Shown here piece by piece: positions 1-14,476 of a DNA stretch of 64,000 nt. Under the pieces are notes generated by a model that saw only the letters and a list, made by a program, of their open reading frames with translations, did no database searches and was not told the DNA's origin. Numbering within the stretch: the first letter of the stretch is position 1; each line of letters starts with the position of its first letter. The translations under genes and the position numbers were made by a program. The DNA is from Octopus vulgaris (Eukaryota): contig OX597830.1 in assembly GCA_951406725.2 (NCBI GenBank), positions 74,958,001 to 75,022,000 of the forward strand, given 5' to 3'.

Positions 1-203
1 ATAACTAATATAAGGTGGGAACCGTAATTCAGGTGACTTCGGGTCAACGTCTCTACACAGAGCCAGCCAGGAATATTTCGACTTACAAGTGTCTCATTAG
101 GTCCTCTACCTGTAATTATTCCTTTTCTACTTTTATTTGTGTGGAAATCTGATATTTTACATACCTACATACACACACACACATACATACATACATACAT
201 ACA

Positions 204-432
<229 letters not shown>

Positions 433-1020
433 GTATGTAAAAAAGTTTTAATCTTCGGATTCTTTTAAAATATGCTAGGCCACTGGTTTTAATTGATTAA
501 TATCAAATTTTCATCCTTACTTAATTTTACATATATATTATTATATATACGTGTGTGTGTGTATACGTATGCATGTATTCTGTGGAGTAGAGAAACAGTT
601 AGAGGGACAGTTCAAACTGAAGATTCACAGCAGTTTCCTCTAGTGAATTTGAAATAAAGAGCTTATAAATATATATATAAAAAAAAAATCAATGCTTATA
701 TAACGCCAGAAGAATGAGTTGGTGAGAAAAAACAGAATACAACTGTAAGGAACGAACAGAAAATAGGAAGAGGTAGAGCGTCGCTTATTGCCAATTACAA
801 CAGCTGGGGATATAAGCGATAACAGATTTATATGAATCTAAGATGCTTTATTTCATGACACAATATCGCAACCGGATCTTCAGCTTCTTTATCATTTCTT
901 TCTCCACCTATTATACATTATTCTGTCCCACCCTCCAAGCCACGGCTAAGGTTATATTTTTACAAGTGGGCTTTATTACAATAATGATAATCCAACAGAT
1001 GAAAGCGATAAGTATGCATG

Positions 1021-1124
<104 letters not shown>

Positions 1125-1374
1125 TGCGGCATTTATTCCGTACTTTCGTTCTGAGTTCAGATTCCGTCGAGTTCCACTTTGCCTTAAACACTTCGGGTCT
1201 GATATAATAAATACCAGTTGAGCACCGGAGTGATTGTAATCAACCTAGAAATTGTTTGCCTTGTACTAAAATTTGAAACTAATATCATAAATATATATAT
1301 ATATATATATTATATATGTATGTATGTAGGTCGGTAGGTAGGTAGGTATCTTGTAAGTATATGAATGAATATTG

Positions 1375-1518
1375 ACATGGCTGTGTGGTTAAAAGGTCGC
1401 TTCTCAACCATATAGTTCCGTCTCCATTCCAACTGTGTGACACCTTGGGCAAGTATCTTCTAATATAGCTTCGGGCCGACCAAAGCCTTGTGAGTGGAAA
1501 CTGAAAGAAACCCATCGA
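1375..1518 (+). mobile_element. tRNA-derived SINE family A, 5' half, degenerate
   Basis: tggctgtgtggt ... ttgggcaagtatcttcta ... cgggccgaccaaagccttgtgagtgga, matching the complete copies at 58152 and 33076. Confidence 0.75.
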
Positions 1519-2117
1519 ATATGTGTGTGTGTGTGTGTTTGTGTGCATTTTCAGACTAAAATTTGGCTTCATTTTCAGTAAAATTCGCTTATCTTTGTGG
1601 CTTCCGCATTGGGCTGAAATGTTTATCGTTTTAATTTACATGATTGTCGTAATTAACCACTTCTTAATTTTTTACTGTCGTTTAAATAGGATTTTGCTGA
1701 TATTTAAGATGGTATTGACTACATCGAACAAGATTTCAATGTTATATTATCGAGCGAGGCATAAAATTACATATTAAATGTTATATGGTATTTTTACATC
1801 AAAGAAGTTATTTGCAAAAACGGCCAAAAATCTGGTTATTTCGTACTATTTAGTATACGGTGCTTTCTGCCAGCTGTTTTCTACTTGCAAAACTGACTGC
1901 ACTCGCTGCAGGTTTTGTTGTTATTACGGCTGCATTTTAAAAAATACAAAATTTTTGCTGTTATTGATGTTACTACTGTAGTTATACTGATTGTATATAC
2001 ATACATCTGCGTCATTTTTTTTTTCTGTACTCAATTTCTCTATTGTTTGGTGGCGCTCATGAAACCGTCTGAAGCTAGCATCATTTGTGTCGAGTGGTGC
2101 TATATTCGAATATATAT

Positions 2118-2195
<78 letters not shown>

Positions 2196-2282
2196 ACATA
2201 TATGTACTTATATATAAGCATATATGTATACATATATACATATGCATAGAATGTACATGTACCAAAAATATATATACTTATC

Positions 2283-2324
<42 letters not shown>

Positions 2325-2838
2325 TATGTGTGTGTATGAACAAGAATAAACATGAACAAAATAAACAACATAAACAATGAATGAGAAAAAATATATTGTG
2401 ATAGAGTGTGTCAGTTCTTTTTTATGCTTATGTGTGTATGTGTGTGTGTGTACCTCTATGTAAACACATAACTATTACGTGTGTGGATGAGTATATGTTT
2501 GTGTATTTCGTTTCATTTCTTTCGGTGGCATTATACAAAGGTTAGTGCTGCATAAAGCCATAAAAAGCACCACAACTACCTCAGCCTTTTTGCTAGGATC
2601 TGAAGATTTTATTTCAAATACATACACAAGTCTCAAAGACAGTGTTGCTTTTAACTGTTGAATTGGTACGATGCTATCATGGAATTTTTACATTTCATAT
2701 TTTTATACTTAGATATTTACATACGTTCATATGTATATATATGTATATATGTATACATCTCTATAGGTATATATGTATATATATGTATATAGATATATAT
2801 ACAAGTATATTTATATATCTACATATTTATATATCTAC

Positions 2839-2922
<84 letters not shown>

Positions 2923-3434
2923 GGTATTTGTGTATTTTTCATACTTTTTGGTCGTTATTTTTGTGCGTTGTACGACTATGAGAGTTTGTATAAATATAAA
3001 CTCAATTGTGTTACAGTATGTGTCTGTGGGTGTGATTAGGCAGGAGGGTAGTTTTGCAAGTGCAATACTGTGTATGTGTATAAGCTTTCTCAGACAGGCA
3101 TTCAAAGCCAGATTTTAAAAGTTTTTTTTTTCCTTTTTATTTGTCCTATGTTTGCTGATAAAGAATTTAGCTTCGGTTCATTGTAATATAGAACTAAGCG
3201 ATTTCAGTACATCACATGTATATATGTATTCATATAAATATTTACGTATGTGTTAGGTTTATATATATACATATATGTGTGTGTGTATAGATGTATATGT
3301 ATATTTACGTATATATTTGTTTATGTGTATGCATTTATATATATATTTATAAATGCTTATATATATATACATACACACGCATATATACATAAATATATAT
3401 ATATATATAAATGTATATATATGTATATATATGC

Positions 3435-3501
<67 letters not shown>

Positions 3502-3503
3502 TA

Positions 3504-3552
<49 letters not shown>

Positions 3553-3652
3553 GTATGTAATATATATTGACACACATATGCAACCGCATTTATACATCTG
3601 TATTTCAAAGCTTTTGTACGTGAATATCTCACTCTCGATATCTCTTTGTCTG

Positions 3653-3695
<43 letters not shown>

Positions 3696-4217
3696 CCTGG
3701 AGACGTGTGCATTTTTTCTTATGACACACATACGTATAATTGTATACATGAAAATACGTTGGAACACTCGCAAAAAAAAACGGTGATTCGTTCCACTGAA
3801 ATTCATTCTTTGTAGTTTTATTCGCTTCTTGGTTCTCTCTCACTTTCCCTCTCTCTCTCTCTTTTCCCTCTCTCCTTCTCCCTATTTCACTCTCTGTCTG
3901 TCTCTCTCACTCTTATATATATATATATGCACATACACATTCTCATACACTTACATATATACATATGCGTTGTGGGTGTATGTATATACATATATATATT
4001 TAAACGCACTTACAAATATAGGTACGTGCAACCATGTATGTATGAACTCGCTGTCGCTAGTATAGAATCTACGTTTCAATTTTTTTACATTTTTTTACAT
4101 TTAGTCGGAATTATTCATAACCCAGGTGATGGACATATTTAGAAGGGTGAATAATCTTAAAAGAACTCACATAACGTACCCGCAATCAAATACAGAAATA
4201 AATAGAAACAAACAATT

Positions 4218-4298
<81 letters not shown>

Positions 4299-4464
4299 GA
4301 GAGAGAGAGAGAGAGAGAGCAAAAACAGCTACATAACAAACGAGTACATACACACAAAAACACACACATACGCACACACACGATTGCTTCACCATACAAA
4401 CTCACAAAATTTTTGGTGCAAAAATAAAACGAACTTTGAAGTGCATATCGATAGAATGTCTTTA

Positions 4465-4519
<55 letters not shown>

Positions 4520-4786
4520 GTATATATACATATATGTATATATACATAGAGAGAGAGACATATTGAGGGATAGAGAGGGAAGGAGAGAGATACGTGGGTA
4601 CGTATTTAGTCCCGCACTCTCATGGATGTATACATTATTATATATACAGAACCATACCATCTCAATATTTGAAATACAGTTTTACATAGTACATACTCCA
4701 AGTTTTATTTTAGAATTGCAATTAACCTGCAGCGAGATACTCACGTTTTGCGAGTAAATGTGTTAATGAAATATAATGTTTTAATG

Positions 4787-4849
<63 letters not shown>

Positions 4850-5583
4850 CCTACGCGCATTTCTTTGTAAGTATACTCTACTATTACATTTTTCGTTGAC
4901 AATCTTAAATAGACTCGCAAATAAAGCCACATATTCCTAAAAAGAATAAGAAGGTACGAAGACCCCCCCCCCCACATCACATATATTCAGTTACACATAC
5001 ATACATACATAAATACATACATTTATACATACATACGCACACATAACTGATGGTTTAGAATATACAAGAATAAAATCATAGTATTAAGTCCCTTGGAGAT
5101 TGGGAAATTAATAATTGCTTATTTTTAATAGCAAATTGGTCGTCCCCACTTCCAGCCGTTTCTATTAATACTTAAACATTAAATTTGCATTTATGCGACA
5201 TGAACATAATAAGCTGATCACGTGCCTACACACACAAGGGTTCCGGCCCTGCAGTGTAAGATAAGTGAGTACACTTGAATTTTATACAGTTTATTCTGTT
5301 GTAACTCGGAATTTTTCGAAATGATTTGCTCGCTTAGCAGAATTTTTTCGCTTTTTATATACTGAACAAACCTATCAGTTTCTTCCTAGATCGTAAGCCA
5401 CTACACATATTTTTTGTTTCTCTCCTTGTTTCTCACCTTGTTCTTTTTCTGTGTCCCTTTTTATAGAAGAGCGTAGGCTCGAAACGTAAAAGACGTTTTC
5501 TATTCCTGAGCGTTATATTAATACATCTGTTTGTTTTGTACACCATCTGTCTTCGTGCTTTGTTTAGTTTCGTAAACTCTCCC

Positions 5584-5632
<49 letters not shown>

Positions 5633-6215
5633 CACTTAAAAGTAGAAGGTAATGGAAATTGGGTAGTTAATAATTGTTTACTGACAGCAATTTGATCATC
5701 ATTACTTACAGCTGTTTCTTTTGTTACTCACGAACAGTAAATTTATATTTACGCGTCATGAGCATAATATTATCAGAGGGAAAAAATATGTAGCTTTGGG
5801 TGATATATTTGTGTTTGTGAGTTCATTTTAGCAGACCGAATGTTACGGTTTATGATTTGTATTGTTATATGCTTGGGCGAGGTGTTTACAGGTTGATTAT
5901 CTATCTAAAAGTGTATTGGAGTCGATCTTATCGACTGACACCTCTCTGTCCAAAATTTCGGGCCTTGTACCTAGAGTAGAAAAGTATATATATATATGTA
6001 TATGAATTAGTGGAAAACACTTTCGTTAGTATAAGAGCAACAAAAAAAGTGAGTTTTGAAAATCTTGTTATGTGAACACTATATAGACACTCTACGTGGA
6101 CACTTCGCGCTATTAGTACTGCTTGGAGGCACAAGGCGTGTTATATAAACCTGCCTAGGCATATGTCTCCACAGCAAGAAACTACCAGTAGCTCCCATAC
6201 ATATATGTAAAAATA

Positions 6216-6320
<105 letters not shown>

Positions 6321-6776
6321 GCATATATAAAACATATGATTTTGTGAGATTATTCATGTGTTCATTTAATTGGTATTAGTTATGAGATTCAAATTGGTAA
6401 CAGTTGTTATAGGAAGGAGGATCATCAGAGATATTGATAGTTCTGTTTAACTATTTCAACGAAAGATTACTTTGGTAAAATAAATGACATATAAGTAACA
6501 GGTGAGAAGATAACTGAACAAGAATTTACGTTTACAGTAAAGTAAATATGGCGGAAAAGTAGGCAATTATAGGTCGCCTACAGGACTTGTGATGAGAAAA
6601 CAATTATTATTGCGTTACGTATGGCTACATCAGCACAAAATCAAGTACAATGGTTACACACACATACAAGTACACAAACGAATAGATTTGCTCTCACATA
6701 AATGTGGTGTGTATAAGTGTATATGTACTTTGTATGTGTGTATATACATATATATATGTATTTGTATATATGTATT

Positions 6777-6812
<36 letters not shown>

Positions 6813-6891
6813 TGGTAGCTTACTAGTAAGGCACAGACACTTTCAGCGTGATCGCTTGGTAGAGTATATTACATTTTCTGTCTTTCATTCG

Positions 6892-6993
<102 letters not shown>

Positions 6994-7351
6994 TTATGTA
7001 TGTATGTATATTCCGAAGTGTGCGCGCTTGAGTGTTGTTGTCGGTTAGTATGTATGTGTGTTTGTGTGTGACCGTGCGCGCGCGCGTGCATGTTTGAGCG
7101 TCTAGCGTTTCTACTCTCTGTGCAGTGCTTTGAATCGGCAATATCGAGGAATGAAATCACTCCAATGAACAAATAGCGTTCCGTCGGCGTTACAATTATG
7201 CAGAATATCAACAATCAATAGCTCACCAATGTCTATTGCTGTGGACATGGTTAAAATAACAAAATGAAACACCAACAACAACGACAACACCTCTAACACC
7301 GATAGGGATAAAAATGATGGCAATAATAATAACAACAATTCAATTTTGTAT

Positions 7352-7505
7352 TTAGACATTCACTAGTACAACACTAAGTACAAAACCAAATATATGACTC
7401 CCCAAGCATAACACCATCACGAACTTCCAACTTGTTGTCTCTTGAGGTCTCTGGCTGAGACTTGGAGCCAACTTGTACAAATGCAAAGCAAAAGTCAAAC
7501 ATAGG
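7352..7505 (+). mobile_element. 3' end of a truncated non-LTR retroposon with a long (AAT/GAT)n tail
   Basis: About 150 bp of unique-looking sequence ending aagtcaaacatagg, followed by ~260 bp of AAT/GAT repeats. Family assignment (possibly R4/Dong-like) is not verified. Confidence 0.4.
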
Positions 7506-7552
7506 ATAATAATGATAATGATAATGATGATAATAATAATAATAATAATAAA

Positions 7553-7589
<37 letters not shown>

Positions 7590-7625
7590 TTGATATTGAT
7601 AATGATAATAATAGTAATGATAATG

Positions 7626-7660
<35 letters not shown>

Positions 7661-7700
7661 AATAATAATGATAATGATAATAATAATGATAATGATAGTG

Positions 7701-7767
<67 letters not shown>

Positions 7768-7774
7768 CAATAAT

Positions 7775-8330
7775 TCGGTACCAGGCAGTGGCTCTCATGG
7801 CTTTTTATTTTACTTGATTGGAAGTATTATCATGTACATTGTTTCGTGTTGGTATAAAACGTGGACTCCAGCAAATATTCTGCTCCATACCACAGGTTTC
7901 CTTGTCAGTTGCTATGACCTTTGACATTGACCAGTTGAGCTTGTTCTTTGATGGCTGACGATATGTGCATGTCTGATCCCGATCAGAAGCAGTGGGGGAT
8001 GATCAGAGCCATGTGTTGAGAGGAATTCTTTGGGGTTTGGATAAGTCACCTCTGGAAATAATGGGTGCTTCGTTCAATATCCTTCAATAACCCTTAGCTA
8101 AGGAACTTTTGACAGGGCTGGGCAACTAAACCTGAAGAAAATAGTAATTGGACCCCGCCTCCAACGTTATTCGCTATTTCTCTTAATATGAGATCACCCT
8201 GTCACGCACATATGGTTGTAATGCAGTGCCTGGTGGGACTTGTATTAAACGGGTAGTCATGATATGTTTATCGGGCTACGTATATTTGTACCCCAGTGTC
8301 AATTTGATGGCATGCGCTGCACTCTCACTC
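7775..8330 (+). mobile_element. (AAT)n-flanked ~560 bp interspersed retroposon, copy 1
   Basis: Colinear with 56345-56915 and 57522-57855; starts ...ccaggcagtggctctcatggc and ends ctctcactc(aat)n. Confidence 0.8.
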
Positions 8331-8460
8331 AATAATAATAACAATAATAATTGTAATAATAATAGAATGGAGTACATCAATAATACAAGCATTATCGAAA
8401 AAGAAAAATCTAAACTAATTCAACAATAATTCATCTAATTCAATAATGTGTGCTTCTTCC

Positions 8461-8597
8461 CACCATCGATTTATGTACCCGTAAGTTAGCGGTTCAGCTA
8501 AAGAGAGCGATAAAATAAGTACCAAGCTTACAAATCGAATAAAGGTGGTGCTCCAGTGTGGCCGCAGTCGGATGGCTGAAATAAATAAAAGAATAAA
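8461..8597 (+). mobile_element. SINE family A, 3' fragment
   Basis: ttagcggttcagctaaagagagcgataaaataagtacc...ggtggtgctccagtgtggccgcagtc matches the family A 3' half. Confidence 0.7.
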
Positions 8598-8699
8598 TTA
8601 CAAGAATTACTGCGCTTAATTGGCTTGCAATCAACTAACTCTGTTAACAGAGATGCAAACGAACAACTCATATAATAAAGGTCATTTACATGTACATAA

Positions 8700-8779
<80 letters not shown>

Positions 8780-9238
8780 GTATATATATAAGCAGAACGA
8801 TTTGCTAACCACTCGTCCGATACCCCTGGCCAGCTCTTTGCCGTCGGCCATTTCAGACAATTGCATTCTTTCCTGCACGCTATGTCTAGACCAATCTCAT
8901 ATAATGAGGATGGTGTGCGTAACTGGAAGTTGGGTGTGGGGGCGATCATTTATATTTTAAGACGCGAAAGATGAAGGAAAACGAAAATATTGAAACTGAT
9001 GAAGGAATCTGAAATTGCGGAAAAGTAGGGAATGGTGATGTTAAAGGCTGAAGAAGGAATGAGTGAGCAGAAGAAAACGTGTGTTTATCTGTGTTTGTGT
9101 TTGAGCGTGTGCGTGAGTGTGTGTATGTGTGTGTATGTGTGTGTGTGTGTGTGCCTCGGTGAGTGTCTAGATTGCATCTTCTGTGTGTTTATTTGTGGAA
9201 ATGAGTCTAATATTTTAAGTTTATAAAAACACCCCACA

Positions 9239-9318
<80 letters not shown>

Positions 9319-10001
9319 CAGTGTACGTTTATGTTCGTATTTTGTGAAATATTGAAGTAAAGTCTGAGACCAAGATAAACAAGAAACTAACCACGAACGA
9401 ACAAACGAATGAGCGAGAAGACAGAAAGTAAGAAAGAGTAACGAAAGAAAATGAAAGTGTAATGAAAGAAAACGAGAGAAAGAAGTAGAGAATAGGAAAT
9501 GAAGAAGAAAAGCTACAAAAACGAAATAAAAACAATATGGCGGACGTACGTTGGATGCAGTAGTATTTAATGAGAAAGCGACACTAAGAAAGTAAAAACA
9601 AAAACAAAAACACAGCTTTTTGATCAGCACCATTAAGGTTTACGAAGCAAGATAATTAGAGAACTGCGGTTGTCAAGGGTAACCAACCCCATGTTGCTTT
9701 ATTTGTTTTATTTGTTTTATGGTGTTTAAGATTTTTTTTTTTTAGTCTGTAACCATGATCTGAAGTTTCTGTGTCTCTTACCATCACTTTCACTAGGTTC
9801 TCTTTCTCTCAAGCTTTCATGTGCATGTATGGTCCTCCCTCTGTTCCCATGATTCTTTCGTTATCTATCTATCTATCTATCTATCTATGTATCTATCTGT
9901 ATATGTGTGTGTGTGTGTGCGCGCACGTGTGTGTATACACATATACATAGGTGTGAGTGTATATATATATATATGTTTATATATATGTTTATATATATAT
10001 G

Positions 10002-10114
<113 letters not shown>

Positions 10115-10925
10115 GTATATTTGTATGCATACATGTATGTGTGCATATATTTATGTGTATATATATATATATATATATATGAATACATGTGTATATATAT
10201 GTATATGTATCTATGTATGTATATATCTATATACATATCTGTATGTCTACTATCTGCCTCTATATACGTACGTATACACACAGCCACGTACTCACACGCA
10301 CATACACATACACACACATACATATATAAAGTAGGGAGGAACAGAGCACGAAGGCAGGACGAAAGAGTGTCTCTGATTACTTTGCAATTTCAATGGAGTT
10401 AAAAATATAAGAAACTCGGAGTATCAACAAAGTGAATCACCAGTTTCGAAAAAATACATTTTGGAGCATAGTTTCATTTTCTTCCGTTCTTATACATATT
10501 TATAGATGAGGTAGGGCCAGTGGGCATGCAGGGTACGTGTGTGTGTGTGCTTTGTGGGTGTTGGTGTGTGTTTAAGTTTTAATTCTGTGAGCCAAATCTG
10601 ATCTGTTTGAAATTTTCACCTTCAAACAACGCTACAACCTATGTGATTTCAAGTCAGCCATTTTGTTTAGAAGATACTCATACACGCGCACACGAACGTA
10701 TGCATAAATATAAACATATGCGTATTTGTGTGTGTGTGTGTGTGTGTTTATGTATATATATGCATGTGTAAATATATATATACACGCACACACATATTGA
10801 TATACATTCATGTGTGTATCTATTTTTATATATATAAACACACACACACAATCATATATATATACATAATAATAATAATATTAGGGAGTATATATATATA
10901 TATATATATATTCATAGTTGTGTAA

Positions 10926-10978
<53 letters not shown>

Positions 10979-12016
10979 GACAACTATCAACATACTATTT
11001 TTGCTTTCAGAATACTCGGAAAGCTGAGTTTTATACAGTATTATAACAGATACGATGTGTTCAATTACTGTTGCAACTCACCAAATATGCCATGAACATT
11101 CAAAGAAACAATAACAAGCTCATAGACACACACACATACACACACAAATACACAATCAAACAAAGTCTAGCAGACACAATCCACTCACATCCACAAGCAC
11201 AAATACACTCAAGCACATATAGACACAGACATTTAAACGAGTACATCGACTTACAAACACACAGGGAAACATATTCACAAAATGTTTCCTCGACATAAAT
11301 ATCGTACCCACCCGCACGGATTCACACACACAGACACACACACACATACACAGAACACACACGCACCAATATACACGCACACCTTACACACACATACATT
11401 GATATACAGATATATGCACCAGACAAACCTTCAACGAATCATACACAGTTACACATACAGAAGTGCACAGTCAGACAGAAAAAAAATCTGTCAAATACAC
11501 ACACATGTACACACATTCAGCGAGAACTCAAACACATAGCACCAAGCCATACACATTCATGCACTCAAATACACACACAGAGGCAGACACGCTCACAAAC
11601 ACACGCTAACAAACATACACACATATATAACATCTCCCACTCTGTACGTCTGTGCAGTCATCCTATCCGTGGACATCAAAAACAAATCGTGTCCTGTCAT
11701 TGGTGAAAGGCCAATTTCAGGATGCTAATTGCAGGTTATCTTTAGCTTCTCTACAGAGAGAATCAATCAATCCCACCGCCATACTTTTCTTCCTTTATTC
11801 CATTCTATTTTTGTTTTATATTTTATTTTATATCATATTCTATTTAAGGTATTTTTGTTAATAAATTTTTAGAGAGAAAAAAAAAATACAATGAAACAAA
11901 TCAAAGAAAAAAATAAATACGATAAAAATAAAACGGCTTCAAATGAATGGATACTAAAGAAATGTGTGCCAGGGTTAAGGAGAGAGAAAGTAACAAAGAT
12001 TAAGAGAGAGGGGACA

Positions 12017-12056
<40 letters not shown>

Positions 12057-12376
12057 AAATACAGAGCACGTTATGAAGCAAGGGTAGTCAAAAATATAGA
12101 GAATGAGTGAGGAAGGGGAGAAATAAAAGAAGCTATGGTCGATCAGGAAATATCTAGACAGAATGAGAGGAAAAAAATATGCGGTCCGCGGTTTCGTGTT
12201 TTCTTACAGCATCGACAGATGTATCGACTCTTGATTCCATGTTGTAAGGAAATGATCAGCTGCATACACTCGATGTTGTTGTTAGCATTCAGATGTGATT
12301 TAAATGTAATGTCCTGAAATCACTCAATCGAGAATATCTTACGTTCTCTAGACACACATCAAAGCAAACACGTACA

Positions 12377-12435
<59 letters not shown>

Positions 12436-12634
12436 CACCTCCTAGCAAGACTCTCCACGTTCAAACACCGCACGCATATAAAATACGGAATGTGTGTGTA
12501 GGTGCATATATACGTGTGTAGTGATTCTCTCCATACACATACATATATATCTATGTGTATATGTGTGTGTACATGTTTACACATTCACTCTCTCTGTCAG
12601 TCACGTCTGTCTATCTATCTTTCTATCGATATAT

Positions 12635-12667
<33 letters not shown>

Positions 12668-12779
12668 GGGAGTATATCCAAACTTACAGAGAAAGACTCA
12701 ATTTAGTATTAAATTTACGTGTTTTGGTTTATGTCTATCACTGTTTGAGTTGCCTAATAGAGGTTTTATCTCTAATTTA

Positions 12780-12895
<116 letters not shown>

Positions 12896-13571
12896 TGTTA
12901 GATAGGTGTTCATGTGTGTGCATGTGCGTGACCGTATGTGTGTATATGTTCATGCATATATCCATCCATCCATCTATCAATCCATCCAGATAGTCAGCCA
13001 GCTATCCAATCTCTCTAATTTCTTAAAATTCTTTCTCCTCCTTCATCTTAAATTCATACCTTACTCACTCATCGCTTCGTATTCGCTTCTCCCCATCATT
13101 ATTTTCTTTCTCTCCTCCACGCTTTCTTTTTTACATGATTCTACCCCCAACCCTTTAATTTCCACATTTCCCCGCATACATTCGGGTACTACACCTCGGT
13201 TCTCTTTCTTTTATTTCCTCTTTCTCTTTCCAATTTCAACTCATATATTTATATATTTTTTTTATATTTTGTAATTTTTACTTTCTGGTCAATTCTTAAC
13301 ACCAATAATTGCTCCCCATTGATTAAGTTTAACATAACAGTAATTCCTATAGAATTTTATTCTGTTTACAATAGAGAAATCCATTATTTAATTAAATTCA
13401 TGCTGGGTGGGAAGAAAGGAAGAAACTGATAAAAAATATTACCAAATAAATAACAAAAAAATATCTAAATAGTCAAAATAAAACAAAATAAACCGTAGAA
13501 CATAATGAAGTCATCATAATCATCATCAACATTATTATTATTACCGCCACCACCACCACTACTACTACTGC

Positions 13572-13603
<32 letters not shown>

Positions 13604-13606
13604 CAA

Positions 13607-13646
<40 letters not shown>

Positions 13647-14310
13647 TCGGGTTATGATTAATATTTATTTTGGAGTAATATTGTTTTCTATATAATTGTA
13701 AATATATTTCTATAACTTTTTTTAAGGCATCTTTTAGATAGATTTTCTTGCAAATGTTTTTTTTTTTTTTCTTTCTGTGTTATATTAAATTTATTCGTCA
13801 ATCCGCCCACAGGTATCATGATATACAGCAGCTAGATACAGAAATTCATAAACATACAACTATATTTCTATAAATTCAATTACTCATACACTAACAGATA
13901 CTTAGGCATACCACACACAGAAATATCTAGCTGCACACATACAAGGGCCATACGCATTTTCACCCTAACAAGTATAACACAAAACAAATAGATAAAGATG
14001 GCCGATTTGAAATTGAAATGAACTTTAGTATGCATGATTTTTTCTTTTCTTTTTAAGAGAAAATAAAGCACAACAAATATGTTTATGGACGGCATCTGAT
14101 CCCTCTGTCTTATAAAATAGGATTTTAGGAGGTCGCATGTTGTGTTGGAGTGGAAAATGTCGAAGGTGGTGGTCATGTTGAAGGCGGGGGAAAATTATTC
14201 TTCTCTCCACGAAAGCACGATATTGAATTATAGCAAAAATCATATTCTGATCGTCATCTTCATTGTCACAATCATCGTCATCATCATCATCATCACCATC
14301 ATCATCATCA

Positions 14311-14412
14311 TCTTCTTCTTCTTCTTCTTCTTCTTCTTCTTCTTCTTCTTCTTCTTCTTCTTCTTCTTCTTCTTCTTCTTCTTCTTCTTCTTCTCCTCCT
14401 TCTTCTTCTTCT
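14311..14412. repeat. (TTC)n homopyrimidine microsatellite
   Basis: Near-perfect TTC array between (ATC)n and (TTA)n arrays. Confidence 0.95.
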
Positions 14413-14415
14413 TAC

Positions 14416-14476
<61 letters not shown>

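Noticed and set aside
8990-9020. CTGATGA-aggaatct-GAAA hammerhead core
   Set aside because: No stem I or stem III partner and no positioned NUH triplet; likely chance in purine-rich sequence.
11652-11861. ORF containing SYPWT as a possible Lox5 hexapeptide exon
   Set aside because: It reads YPWT rather than YPWM, has no upstream N-terminal coding region and no convincing donor just after the motif.
12205-12265. Further hammerhead-like traces (minus strand here; + strand at ~52195-52255 and ~63568-63607)
   Set aside because: Several core substitutions each; too degenerate to support individually, though worth including in a family-level search.
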